Assembly (NCBI GenBank): GCA_013180585.1
Contig: QBUM01000251.1
Coordinates: 1-54,525 of the forward strand
Source: Candidatus Methanophagaceae archaeon GoMg2
Lineage (GTDB): Archaea > Halobacteriota > Syntropharchaeia > Alkanophagales > Methanospirareceae
DNA: 54,525 bases
Reading direction: 5' to 3'
The position numbers and the translations under genes were made by a program. Under the pieces are notes generated by a model. The model did no database searches and was not told the origin of the DNA. It saw only the letters and a program-made list of their open reading frames with translations. Of the stretch, positions 40,242 through 49,472 are shown in pieces (position 1 is the stretch's first letter; each line of letters begins with the position of its first letter).

Positions 40242-40511
40242 GTGTTCGGTTAAGTACGACTCAACATAAATAATGACCCATAAAATAATATAACAACGCA
40301 TTTCCGACACAGATTTACACAGATTTACACGGATTCATCTTTTTTGTCTTTCATACGATTTTTTACCGTCACAGAACAGAGCAGAGCACCCAAAATTAAT
40401 TAGAAGTTTGTGATTTCCATCTGCGTTAATCTGCGTTAATCTGTGTTCATAAAATACTTTTTGTATGTCTTTTATTTTGGTTTTGTGGACCATAATTACT
40501 TAACCGAACAC
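40242..40511. mobile_element. 270-bp MITE-like element with perfect 15-bp TIRs
   Basis: GTGTTCGGTTAAGTA (40242-40256) / TACTTAACCGAACAC (40497-40511); internal (ACACAGATTT)n and (ATCTGCGTTA)n arms. Confidence 0.8.
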
Positions 40512-40524
40512 ACATGAGTAAACA

Positions 40525-40725
40525 TCATAAAACCATCTCTTTCTTGAGCTCTTCGTGCGATGTTAATTTACCTTCGGATTTTTCTATGTTATACTCTTGC
40601 AGTGCTTTATAATCATCTTCCGTCATTATGCTGTCTATATCCACCATATGCGCTTTCATCTCCCTCAATTCACTCTTTACAAATTCCAGATCTTTGTGTA
40701 TTGTTTCCAATGTTACGGGGGCCAT
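40525..40725 (-). CDS. Small antitoxin-like protein (RelB-type archaeal), cognate toxin not intact
   Basis: Coiled N-terminus plus DSIMTEDDYKAL..EGKLTSHEELKKE pattern typical of archaeal RelE partners. Confidence 0.55.
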   Translation of the reverse strand: MAPVTLETIHKDLEFVKSELREMKAHMVDIDSIMTEDDYKALQEYNIEKSEGKLTSHEELKKEMVL

Positions 40726-41067
40726 ATTCTCTCACATCCTGCCACATTTTTCTGCTCCATCATTCGCCACCTTATTTCTTTTTACTTTTTGTTTCTTATA
40801 AAATTTTTGCCGCTATTAGCCCGTTCGCGCCATCACTTACAATAGTCAAGTATTTCCACGGTGTCTCGAGCAAACATGTAAAAGACCCTCTATCGTTTCT
40901 GTACCAGGAGTGTCTATTGTAACCTCATTGCCCGTTGAATCTATTTCCTTGATGTACTCTCTTCCCGCTCTTGATTTCGTAGGTTCTTCAGGAGTCTGCG
41001 TAATCCCTGGAGTCAATCAGGAATAGACCTCTGCTACTCAGGAAGCAATAACAGTACATTTCGCCAC

Positions 41068-44000
41068 TCACCCTTTCCTTCTTATCCGAAGATACCCCGC
41101 AAGCGTCAGCAACCCCACGCCCAACAGCATCACAGTCGAGAGTTCAGGAATCGGTGCACAAATATTCGGGTCTTTTTTGAATGGATAGTACGTCACGTTG
41201 CTGCAATTGACCGGATCGTCCTGCCAATCGTATATGCTTGCATTTATCGTAGCGTTATCCATTACCGCACCCCAGTAATTGTTCTTTGCTTCTACCGCTT
41301 CTTTCTGATCGTTGTAGAACTGCCATTCCCAAGCTGTACCGTTCGGCACACCATTCGCCACGATATTATTGCAACTGATATTGTTGCCGCTGCTGCCTCC
41401 CGTCAAGTTGAATCCCGCACGTGTGTTGTGGTGCACCCAGTTGCAAGTGATGTTGTTATCATCTGCGTTCCCGAGATAAATACCGTTGTAGTTCAATTTC
41501 ACCGTGTTATTCGTGATATTGCAGCTATTCACACCTACACCCAGGTATATACCCGCCTTTCCGTTTGCCGTGGCATTTTCCAGTGTGAATCCACTTATGT
41601 TCACGTAATTTGCAGTCACCTCGAAGACATGATCCGATGCCGAAGCAGCAGTTACATTTACAACATACGCGCCTTCGCCTTCCAGCGTGAGCCGCTTGTT
41701 CACGTTCACGTTCTCGGTGTAGCTGCCGTTCCACACATAGATCGTCTCGCTCGCAGTCGCGTTATCAACCGCCGCCTGTATCGGCGTGCCGTTGCCATTG
41801 ATCACGCCGCCGTCTCGCCACCAGCCGTTCTCGTTGACGCAGATGTCGCCGCAGGTGCAGGTTAGGCCCGCAGTAAAAATCGAATTTTCTGCTATTATCC
41901 GGGAGACGTTCCGAGAACCGGCTCTTGTAAAATGCACCTCGTCCGCGTCATACCATGATTTCCCACTAGCATAGTTGTCCTTCGTTTTATTGTAAAGCGC
42001 AGTAATCAATCGAGTGCCCAGGTTGCTTGCAACATTATCAATATTATCAAGATAACTTAATACATCACCATTAGGCGTGTAGGTAGGATAAAGCAGAGTT
42101 ATGTTTTCATAAGCTATGCTATGGTTATGAATATCTGTGACAACTAAAGTTAAATTCGCTTCATAATCTGCATCAATAAACCCACCGTTTTTGTCATTTA
42201 TACCAAGCATCACATATGCGTGAGTTGGTCCGAACAAATCAGAGTTGCTGATATTTCCATCTAATGAAGTGAATCTATCCGCATAGCCGTTAACGTTGGC
42301 TATGAACTTGTCATGTGTTCCCTTAGCAGTTATACCGCTCTTCGCCTCGTTATTGCTGTAAACCCAGGTACCATAAAAATCCTTGATATAATCAGAATAA
42401 AAGATATGGATGCCGTTGCAATAACATCTATGGGGGGTGAGGTTATCCCAACAGGGAAGTTCCAGTAAATTCTCACTGGTAACTGCATTGCCGTCACTTA
42501 GAGCATCTGTGAGATTAAGAACGTCTCCATCAGTAACATCTACATAAGAGATGGTGATGCTGTCGCCCACAAACTGGATGAGGTAAGACTGTATCCAGAA
42601 AGGGTCAATGCTTACTGTCTGATTCTCTCCGGAAAGAGCGTCCAGAGTTTCATTCAGTATAATAATATCCAGAGTATGGTTGCCGTATGAAAGACTGGTA
42701 AATTGCGCGTTGAATAACGTATCAGCGATATTGAGGTCATTGACGATTGTCTCGTTTACCCGTCCTTGATCAACAATAAACCGAACTCCGCCAACTTTTT
42801 CGGGCGAAGACAAAGTAGCAGAAGCATTTAGAGTTCTGGATTTTTGTAGATAGGGATAACTCTGTTTGTAGCTTGTGCCTCGTTCATCTTCAATCTGCAG
42901 TTGTTGCGCGGGTGTATAATTGGAAATCACTGCTTGACAGGATTCGGTAGCTGCCATCGGTGCAAACACACTGAAACTCGTGATGTTTACGCCAACAACG
43001 TTGTTTGTCGTGTCCAGATACCGTGTTCCATTCCAGCCGTCCTCAACCCACGCAGTACCGTTGTGCTTCCAGACCTTCAAACTCGATTCGTCCAGACCAC
43101 TGAGATCCGAGTCCGAATAACTGAAGTTCATTAATATCCATGCACCAGCACTATGATTAGTGGCGTTTATGGACTTGCTGATGTTGTTTCTGCCGGGTGG
43201 ATCGCTTGGCTGTGAAGTCACACCTCTTAACGACACATCTCCGCTGTAAGTAAAATCAATCGTTGTGCCGTTGAGTGTGTTGTTTGTGAAGGCAGATGTC
43301 GAACTCGCAATACGGAGGTCCCATGTATTGTCCGATACTGTGTTATTCGTAAACATGTTGTTGCTCGAAGAATTCAGGTAAATGCCGATGGTGTTGTCCG
43401 AAACGTTGTTATCAGAAATGTTGCAGTGATTCACGCCGCTACCGATGTAAAACCCCGCATTCATAGTTCCTCTCGCCCCGGTCACATTGAACCCTGAGAT
43501 GTTCACGTAATCAGCGGTCACCTCAAAGACGTGATCTGATGCCGAAGCCGCGGTTACATTCACCACATCCATGCCCTCGCCCTGTAGAGTGAGCTGCTCG
43601 TCCACGTTCACGTTCTCGGTGTAGCTGCCGTTATACACGTAAATCGTATTACCTGCAGAAGCGTTATTAATCGCATCCTGTATCCGTGTACCGCTCGCAT
43701 TAAAAGTGCCGCCGTCACGCCACCAACCGCTTGCGTTTACGCAGAGGTCGCCAAAGGTGCAGTTAAGCCCGTTTGGGTCACCAAGCGGCTTGAGGCTGAG
43801 CCCGTTTGGGTCACCAAGCGGCGCGATTATATTAAAATCCGTAATATAAGCATACACATAGTTCTCAGCCGTATTAACTCCTGTTGTACCGGTAACTTCT
43901 ACCCAATCCGTGCCGGTATGCACCCACATTCTTAAACTATCTTCTGCCACGTTCCCTAAATCCGCTTCGTCATAACTAACGTTCAAGAACAGCCACGAAT

Positions 44001-44826
44001 CTGCACATACTTTCGTGGCATCCACGTATTTACTTATGTCCATCTTACCAGAAGGTTCGGATGGAGCGGTATCCACGCTTTTTAGCCCCACGCCGTTGTC
44101 GTATGTAAACGAGACCGTAGTGGGGTAACCACATAGCAGGAGGTCTTCGACTGTATTGTTATGCGAATGTTCGGCTGAGTAGAAGTCGTATCTGGTGTTG
44201 TTAGATACGCTGTTCTTCGTGAACGTGTTGTCACTTGAAGAATCTAAGAAGATACCTTCCCAGTTATTGTTCGCAATTGTATTGTTCGCGATCGTGTTGC
44301 CGTTCGAAAGTTCGAGGTAGATACCGTCATAGTTGTTGTCCGCAACCATGTTGTTCGCAACCAAATTGCTGTGCGAATTAAGTATAGAGATACCATCACC
44401 GTTGCTCGTGACGTTGTTACCCGAAATGTGGCAGTAGCTTGCGTCAAGAAGACATACTCCAGCAAATCCAAATGCTGATGCACCACGCATCGTGAACCCG
44501 CTTATGGTCACGTTGTTTTCCGATACAAAAAAGACATCCAGGTCTTGTTTTGCGGCTTTCACAATACAGTTTGCCGAGCCGTTCTCGGACCTTATAGTTA
44601 ATTTAGCCACGTTTACATGCACATTCTCGTTGTATGTACCATCGCGCACGTGGATAGTATCGCCGGCGCGGGCGTTATTCACCGCCTGCTGAATCGTCTG
44701 GATACCGCCTTCTGACACATAAATATCCGCTGCACTCGTAACCGCAACACAAAAGGCAGTAAAAAATAAAACCAGCAACGCTGCGACTAAAACCATCTTC
44801 CCTAACCCGCAATTTCTTTTTCCCAT
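41068..44826 (-). CDS. Large surface glycoprotein: NosD/CASH beta-helix repeats + SGNH hydrolase domain + PEF-CTERM-like (IPEL) signal
   Basis: Signal peptide; GIYL..S..N repeats; GDS-G-GIND-DxxH blocks; very many NxT/S sequons; C-terminal IPEL-TM-basic tail. Confidence 0.88.
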   Translation of the reverse strand: MGKRNCGLGKMVLVAALLVLFFTAFCVAVTSAADIYVSEGGIQTIQQAVNNARAGDTIHVRDGTYNENVHVNVAKLTIRSENGSANCIVKAAKQDLDVFFVSENNVTISGFTMRGASAFGFAGVCLLDASYCHISGNNVTSNGDGISILNSHSNLVANNMVADNNYDGIYLELSNGNTIANNTIANNNWEGIFLDSSSDNTFTKNSVSNNTRYDFYSAEHSHNNTVEDLLLCGYPTTVSFTYDNGVGLKSVDTAPSEPSGKMDISKYVDATKVCADSWLFLNVSYDEADLGNVAEDSLRMWVHTGTDWVEVTGTTGVNTAENYVYAYITDFNIIAPLGDPNGLSLKPLGDPNGLNCTFGDLCVNASGWWRDGGTFNASGTRIQDAINNASAGNTIYVYNGSYTENVNVDEQLTLQGEGMDVVNVTAASASDHVFEVTADYVNISGFNVTGARGTMNAGFYIGSGVNHCNISDNNVSDNTIGIYLNSSSNNMFTNNTVSDNTWDLRIASSTSAFTNNTLNGTTIDFTYSGDVSLRGVTSQPSDPPGRNNISKSINATNHSAGAWILMNFSYSDSDLSGLDESSLKVWKHNGTAWVEDGWNGTRYLDTTNNVVGVNITSFSVFAPMAATESCQAVISNYTPAQQLQIEDERGTSYKQSYPYLQKSRTLNASATLSSPEKVGGVRFIVDQGRVNETIVNDLNIADTLFNAQFTSLSYGNHTLDIIILNETLDALSGENQTVSIDPFWIQSYLIQFVGDSITISYVDVTDGDVLNLTDALSDGNAVTSENLLELPCWDNLTPHRCYCNGIHIFYSDYIKDFYGTWVYSNNEAKSGITAKGTHDKFIANVNGYADRFTSLDGNISNSDLFGPTHAYVMLGINDKNGGFIDADYEANLTLVVTDIHNHSIAYENITLLYPTYTPNGDVLSYLDNIDNVASNLGTRLITALYNKTKDNYASGKSWYDADEVHFTRAGSRNVSRIIAENSIFTAGLTCTCGDICVNENGWWRDGGVINGNGTPIQAAVDNATASETIYVWNGSYTENVNVNKRLTLEGEGAYVVNVTAASASDHVFEVTANYVNISGFTLENATANGKAGIYLGVGVNSCNITNNTVKLNYNGIYLGNADDNNITCNWVHHNTRAGFNLTGGSSGNNISCNNIVANGVPNGTAWEWQFYNDQKEAVEAKNNYWGAVMDNATINASIYDWQDDPVNCSNVTYYPFKKDPNICAPIPELSTVMLLGVGLLTLAGYLRIRRKG
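43766..43822. repeat. In-frame 24-bp direct repeat (33-bp period) duplicating PLGDPNGL
   Basis: AGCCCGTTTGGGTCACCAAGCGGC at 43766 and 43799. Confidence 0.9.
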
Positions 44827-44944
44827 TTTTCAGCCTCAGTGTTATCATAGGATGAATAGGGTATATAAAGCTTTCGGTGGAAAGGTGACGGCCGTGCCGA
44901 TATAAAAGTTATAACCTATACCCATATATTTAAGAGAAGAGGCG

Positions 44945-46669
44945 ATGAAGATGGGAGAAACATTACGTGTAGAAGGACTGAGTAAGACATATAAACTGCC
45001 AAAAATAGGCAAAGAAGTAGTAGCACTGGATAATGTATCATTCAAGATAGAAAAGGGCGAGACTTTAGGGATAATCGGGAGGAGCGGTGCAGGAAAGACG
45101 ACTTTACTTCGTATGCTTCGTGGTTACGAGACGTTTACCAAGGGAAGTATAGAGATAGACGGCGTTAAAGTAATGGCTGATTCCCCTTACTCGGAGTTCA
45201 GAACGCTACGAAAAAAGACGGCTTATCATCTTCAACGTTCTTTTGCACTTTGGAACCAGTCAGTGTTGAATAATATTATTTTACGGCTTCGCGCGATCCA
45301 AACGGGATTTGAAGAGATACCGCAGTTGGAGGACGAATACGAGGAGTTAAAGGAACAAGCGCTTGACATACTTGACCTCGTGGACCTGCGAGAGAAGCAT
45401 AAATATTTTTATCCAATCTTGAGCGGTGGCGAGAAGCAAAGAGTTTTACTTGCACGTCAGCTTGCGAAATCGCCTTCGTTGTTGCTACTGGATGAGCCCG
45501 GCACGATGTCTGATCCGATATCACGGGGTGATTTACTCGATAGTATAAAAAGGATAAATGACGCTACGGACATCAGTGTTCTGGTCGTATCGCACATGGC
45601 CGAAGTGCATAAACACCTCTCTGACCGGTTGATCTGGATGGAGAAAAGCAAAATAATAGATGACGGTGGGGTAGATGAGATAACGGATAAGTTTTTAGCC
45701 CAACTCGACCCGGTTAAGCCTCTGGTTCCTATAAAGGACAAGAAAGACATAATGATTGATATTTACGGTGTATGGAAGAAGTACGTAATATACACGAGCA
45801 ACACGTTGATAAAAACGATAGAGATGCCGAATATAAACTTAAAGATTCCAAGAGGCGACATATTAGGCATCATTGGTCCTTCGGCAATGGGTAAGACCGT
45901 ATTGATGCGATTACTTTCAGGTCTTGAGCAGCCGGATAAGGGCTGGGTATTGTACCGGATAGGCACTGTGGACTTTGCTAATATTGGTGCACTTGGTAGC
46001 GATAGAGCAATGGAGGCGAGGAGCAAATTGGGTATCTTGCATCAGGAGTTCACGCTTCCGCCATATCAACTCGTTCAGGATAGCTTTGCGCAAAAGCTGG
46101 GTATAAAGAAGCTCGATATGGTGCGAGATGCGATGGATAGAGCGAAAGAGCAGGGGATAAGCAACGTAAAACTTGATGCGCTACTCAGGATTGCGGACAT
46201 GCCGGAGTCAGAGGCGATGCAGAGGCTCGAAGAGTTGGGTCTCAGTAGGGATACGTTTGAAGAGCTTTTTCCCAAGTTCCCGGCATCCGAGACCTTTAAA
46301 GCTGCTAAACCATACCTCGATGCGCTTGACCTACCGGAAGAGATATTCAGACGCTACAACAGCGAAACAAGTGCGGGAGAGCATGTCAGGCTGGCAATCG
46401 CCACGCTTATGGCAGCAGAACCCGAAGTTCTGCTTTTAGATGAGCCTTTTGGCGACCTCGACCCGATCTCGATGCGTAAAATCGCGAACTCAATTAAAGA
46501 TCTGAATCGTAGATTTAATACTACTATATTAGTCGTAAGCCACCAGCTCGATATAGTTCGAGAGCTTGTGCACGAAGCTATAATGATAGACGAAGGCGAG
46601 ATAGTGATGCGTGGCGACCCGAACGAGGTATGCGATGCTTTTATCGCTCTTGGCAAACCGGAACAGTAA
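44945..46669 (+). CDS. Methyl-CoM reductase component A2 (AtwA)-like double ABC ATPase lacking the Cys zinc motif
   Basis: GRSGAGKT, HLQRSFALW, LSGGEKQR, LDEP; second GPSAMGKT, GILHQEF, LDEPFGDLDP; no TM partner nearby. Confidence 0.8.
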   Translation: MKMGETLRVEGLSKTYKLPKIGKEVVALDNVSFKIEKGETLGIIGRSGAGKTTLLRMLRGYETFTKGSIEIDGVKVMADSPYSEFRTLRKKTAYHLQRSFALWNQSVLNNIILRLRAIQTGFEEIPQLEDEYEELKEQALDILDLVDLREKHKYFYPILSGGEKQRVLLARQLAKSPSLLLLDEPGTMSDPISRGDLLDSIKRINDATDISVLVVSHMAEVHKHLSDRLIWMEKSKIIDDGGVDEITDKFLAQLDPVKPLVPIKDKKDIMIDIYGVWKKYVIYTSNTLIKTIEMPNINLKIPRGDILGIIGPSAMGKTVLMRLLSGLEQPDKGWVLYRIGTVDFANIGALGSDRAMEARSKLGILHQEFTLPPYQLVQDSFAQKLGIKKLDMVRDAMDRAKEQGISNVKLDALLRIADMPESEAMQRLEELGLSRDTFEELFPKFPASETFKAAKPYLDALDLPEEIFRRYNSETSAGEHVRLAIATLMAAEPEVLLLDEPFGDLDPISMRKIANSIKDLNRRFNTTILVVSHQLDIVRELVHEAIMIDEGEIVMRGDPNEVCDAFIALGKPEQ

Positions 46670-46710
46670 ACATTATTAAAACATAAAGAAGAAAGTGAAG
46701 ACATAATCGA

Positions 46711-46785
46711 GCTCCGCTGGTGTAGTTCGGCCAAGCATGCGGGCCTCTCGAGCCCACGACCGGGGTTCAAATCCCCGGCGGAGCA
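46711..46785 (+). tRNA. tRNA-Glu(CTC)
   Basis: GCTCCGC...GGGCCT-CTC-GAGCCC...GGTTCAAATCC...GCGGAGC-A. Confidence 0.94.
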
Positions 46786-46796
46786 TTACTTTTTTG

Positions 46797-46956
46797 CTAT
46801 TTGTTGAGCTAACCACAGATTACACAGATTTTCACGAGAAGATAATACTTATAATCCGGCTTAAGTGCACTATTGGTTTTTTTTATCCCTTGTTAACCCC
46901 AAAATCTTGTGCTAATCTTGTGAAATCTCGTGGTTTTACCCCTGCTATACAAATAC
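46797..46956 (-). mobile_element. MITE-like palindromic repeat, copy H (just downstream of tRNA-Glu)
   Basis: Ends CTATTTGTTGAGCTAACC/GCTATACAAATAC; flanks CTTTTTTG/CTCTTTTG (7/8 match). Confidence 0.88.
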
Positions 46957-46973
46957 CTCTTTTGCTATTATCG

Positions 46974-48356
46974 CTATCTGCCCCGCGCCTTCATGAACTG
47001 TTCCACAGCGCTCTCGACAGCATCAACCATAACATCTCTGTGCAATGAAATATACGGGTCAAAGCTCTTCTCCATCCTGCTTAGTTCCTTCGCAGTCATA
47101 TCCTGTCTTATAGCGTTGTAGAGCCCGTCTATCCTATCCGCAACCATCTCCTCTGAAATAATCTGCGCCCCTATCAACCGTTCTGAATAAGCATCAAAAA
47201 GTAATTTCACCGCCATTGACTTCCTGCCATGATAGAATCTTGCTTTCGTGGGCTTCTCCTTTTTACCGCTTATTACTTCTATCCCGTGCCTCTCCGCAGT
47301 TGCCGATGTGATTCCCACAGAACCCACTTGAAAATTAGAAATAGTCGCAACCGCAGGACTCAAGGCGGGTTCGAGCGAGTAGCTGCCACCCAATAAATCG
47401 TTTACAACCACTTTAGCCTGCACCAAAACGGTAGAAGCAAGCAGGCTCAGTCGTGGCCGAAGCGTAATTGCATCTATCATCTCTACACAATCGCCAAGCG
47501 CATATACATTACTCAGATACCTACCCCCTTTATTAACGTGTAAAAACTGGTCTGTTACTATTCCGCCCGTTTCGCCTATTTTTATGCCCGCCTTTTCTGC
47601 TAAATCCGTATTCGGAAGCATACCGCGTGAAATCACAACTATATCCGCGGGAATTTTCTCACCGCCCACCACAACTGCCCTTACCTTTGCTCCTTCTCCA
47701 TTTATGGAATCCACACTTTTTCCTACGATGAACTCGAGTCCGTCTTTTACCAGCTTTTCATGTACTATTGAGCCCATATCGGGATCTAATATACTGGATA
47801 GCGGCGTTGGATGCCCCATCACTACGGTGGTTTTCAAACCTTTTTTCGAAAAAGCAACCGCCACTTGTATGCCAATCGGACCACCACCGATAACCACAGC
47901 GTTCTTCGCTTCTGGTGCATTCATGGCAGCCTCTATCTTCTCACCGTCTTCCACCGTGCTCATTGTGCAAACACCTTCTAAGGCAGTACCTTCTATATCG
48001 GGAATCCGCGGCTTTCTGCCTGTTGCTATCACCAAATATTCGTACTTTAGCTTCTCCCCCGTGTTAAGACTTACAGCGCTATCTTCCAAATTGATGCCCG
48101 TTACTTCTGTACCGGTCCGATAATCAATACCATGTCCAATGAAAGCCTCCGGTGGCTCTATCTCGGTAACATCCTTCATATCGAAAACCCCTTGCAGAGC
48201 AAGAGGCACCGCACAAATAGAAGCGGAACCACCCTTTTCTTTCTTCACCAGCGTTATGTCAAACTGCTTGAGTGCTTCTGCTCCTTTCTTAAATATCGCT
48301 TCCAATGTGTATGTCCCCGCATCACCACCACCAATTATCACTACTTTTTTTGCCAT
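46974..48356 (-). CDS. FAD-dependent pyridine nucleotide-disulfide oxidoreductase (CoA-disulfide reductase/NADH oxidase family)
   Basis: GGGDAG, single redox Cys (SICAVP), ATG, GGGPIG, YALGDC, dimerisation domain LIGAQI. Confidence 0.88.
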   Translation of the reverse strand: MAKKVVIIGGGDAGTYTLEAIFKKGAEALKQFDITLVKKEKGGSASICAVPLALQGVFDMKDVTEIEPPEAFIGHGIDYRTGTEVTGINLEDSAVSLNTGEKLKYEYLVIATGRKPRIPDIEGTALEGVCTMSTVEDGEKIEAAMNAPEAKNAVVIGGGPIGIQVAVAFSKKGLKTTVVMGHPTPLSSILDPDMGSIVHEKLVKDGLEFIVGKSVDSINGEGAKVRAVVVGGEKIPADIVVISRGMLPNTDLAEKAGIKIGETGGIVTDQFLHVNKGGRYLSNVYALGDCVEMIDAITLRPRLSLLASTVLVQAKVVVNDLLGGSYSLEPALSPAVATISNFQVGSVGITSATAERHGIEVISGKKEKPTKARFYHGRKSMAVKLLFDAYSERLIGAQIISEEMVADRIDGLYNAIRQDMTAKELSRMEKSFDPYISLHRDVMVDAVESAVEQFMKARGR

Positions 48357-48437
48357 TTTTATCGTTTTGATATTCTTGGTTTGAACATAAGAATTTTTCT
48401 GTTTTGAACCCTTTTCTTAGAAAAGACGAGTTGTTCC

Positions 48438-49019
48438 ATGATGATACAATGTGCAGAAGCAATAGTAGAACTAAAAGGCGACCTCGTGTACAAACGTAGA
48501 ATAGAAAAGCGGTACCGGGTGAGGGAGATAGACGAGCGGATACGAAGGGAAAGAACGAGGAGCGAAGCGAAGATAATCTCAGAAGCGAGAAGAAAAGGTG
48601 TGCCTACACCAATCATCTTTGATGTTCACGATTACGAATTGGTGATGGAGCGAATAGAAGGTGATTTAGTGCGTGAAGTGATAAACGAAGCAATAAGTGA
48701 GAGAATAGGCGAGTTCGTTGGCATATTGCACAAAAATAGTATAATTCATGGTGATTTAACCACTTCCAATATTATTTTGGGTAAGGATAATATTTTATAT
48801 CTGATAGATTTTGGGTTATCGTTTGTGGAATCGAACATAGAAGCAAAAGGCGTAGACGTACATGTATTTTTACAAAGCCTTTGCGGCACGCATGATGCCC
48901 ATGAACAACTAAAAGAGGCTTTTATAAAAGGATACCTGAGCACTTTTCCAGATGCCGCACAAATATTGAAAAGAGTAACAGAGATAGAACAGAGAGGACG
49001 ATATATAGAGCGTAAATGA
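48438..49019 (+). CDS. bud32: KEOPS complex kinase Bud32 (stand-alone)
   Basis: AEA, KRYR..ID..IRRERT.SEA, HGDLTTSN, IDFGL, VDVHV. Confidence 0.94.
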   Translation: MMIQCAEAIVELKGDLVYKRRIEKRYRVREIDERIRRERTRSEAKIISEARRKGVPTPIIFDVHDYELVMERIEGDLVREVINEAISERIGEFVGILHKNSIIHGDLTTSNIILGKDNILYLIDFGLSFVESNIEAKGVDVHVFLQSLCGTHDAHEQLKEAFIKGYLSTFPDAAQILKRVTEIEQRGRYIERK

Positions 49020-49022
49020 AAT

Positions 49023-49157
49023 GTGTTTGTTTCGCTAACCACAGGTTTCCACGAGAAATATTAATATGGCTTAAGCACTCTATTGGCTTTTTTAGCCCCT
49101 GCTGACCAAAAATTCTTGTACTAACCTCGCGGTTTTTTCGATTCGCTATACAAATAG
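49023..49157 (-). mobile_element. MITE-like palindromic repeat, copy I (internally shortened)
   Basis: GTGTTTGTTTCGCTAACCAC...GCTATACAAATAG; flanks AATGAAAT/AATGAAAC (7/8 match). Confidence 0.85.
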
Positions 49158-49189
49158 AATGAAACAAATCAAAGTAAAAAATAAAAGAG

Positions 49190-49211
49190 AGGCTATAAAA
49201 AAGCTATAGCC
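49190..49211. terminator. Hairpin between convergent bud32 and TRAM genes
   Basis: AGGCTATA-AAAAAGC-TATAGCC inverted repeat next to A/T tracts. Confidence 0.35.
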
Positions 49212-49253
49212 TTATTCTAAAGATGTAGTATATATTAGAAGCGTAATGAACTT

Positions 49254-49472
49254 TTACTCTTCCGTGACTACTTCTCCAAATCCAACTCTCCGCGAGACTT
49301 TAGCTATTTTGATCTTTACACTGTCCCCTTTTTTCGTATTGGGTACAAAGACCACAAAACCTTCCACTCGCGCTATTCCATCTCCTTCTCTGCCTACATC
49401 CTCTATCTTTACGTCATAGACGTCGCCAACATTCAGCGGGGAATTTATTCCCCCTCTTTCTCTATATTGCAT
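49254..49472 (-). CDS. Single-TRAM-domain RNA chaperone
   Basis: P..G..YDVKIEDVGREGDGIARVEGFVVFVP; GGAGGT RBS. Confidence 0.93.
   Translation of the reverse strand: MQYRERGGINSPLNVGDVYDVKIEDVGREGDGIARVEGFVVFVPNTKKGDSVKIKIAKVSRRVGFGEVVTEE

Noticed and set aside
46786..46973. Integrated element at the tRNA-Glu 3' end
   Set aside because: No integrase and no duplicated tRNA 3' end (att site) in the window; only a MITE copy is present.
59..49157. Dispersed repeats as a CRISPR array or cas-associated repeats
   Set aside because: Copies are kilobases apart and palindromic with TSDs; there is no repeat-spacer periodicity and no cas gene.
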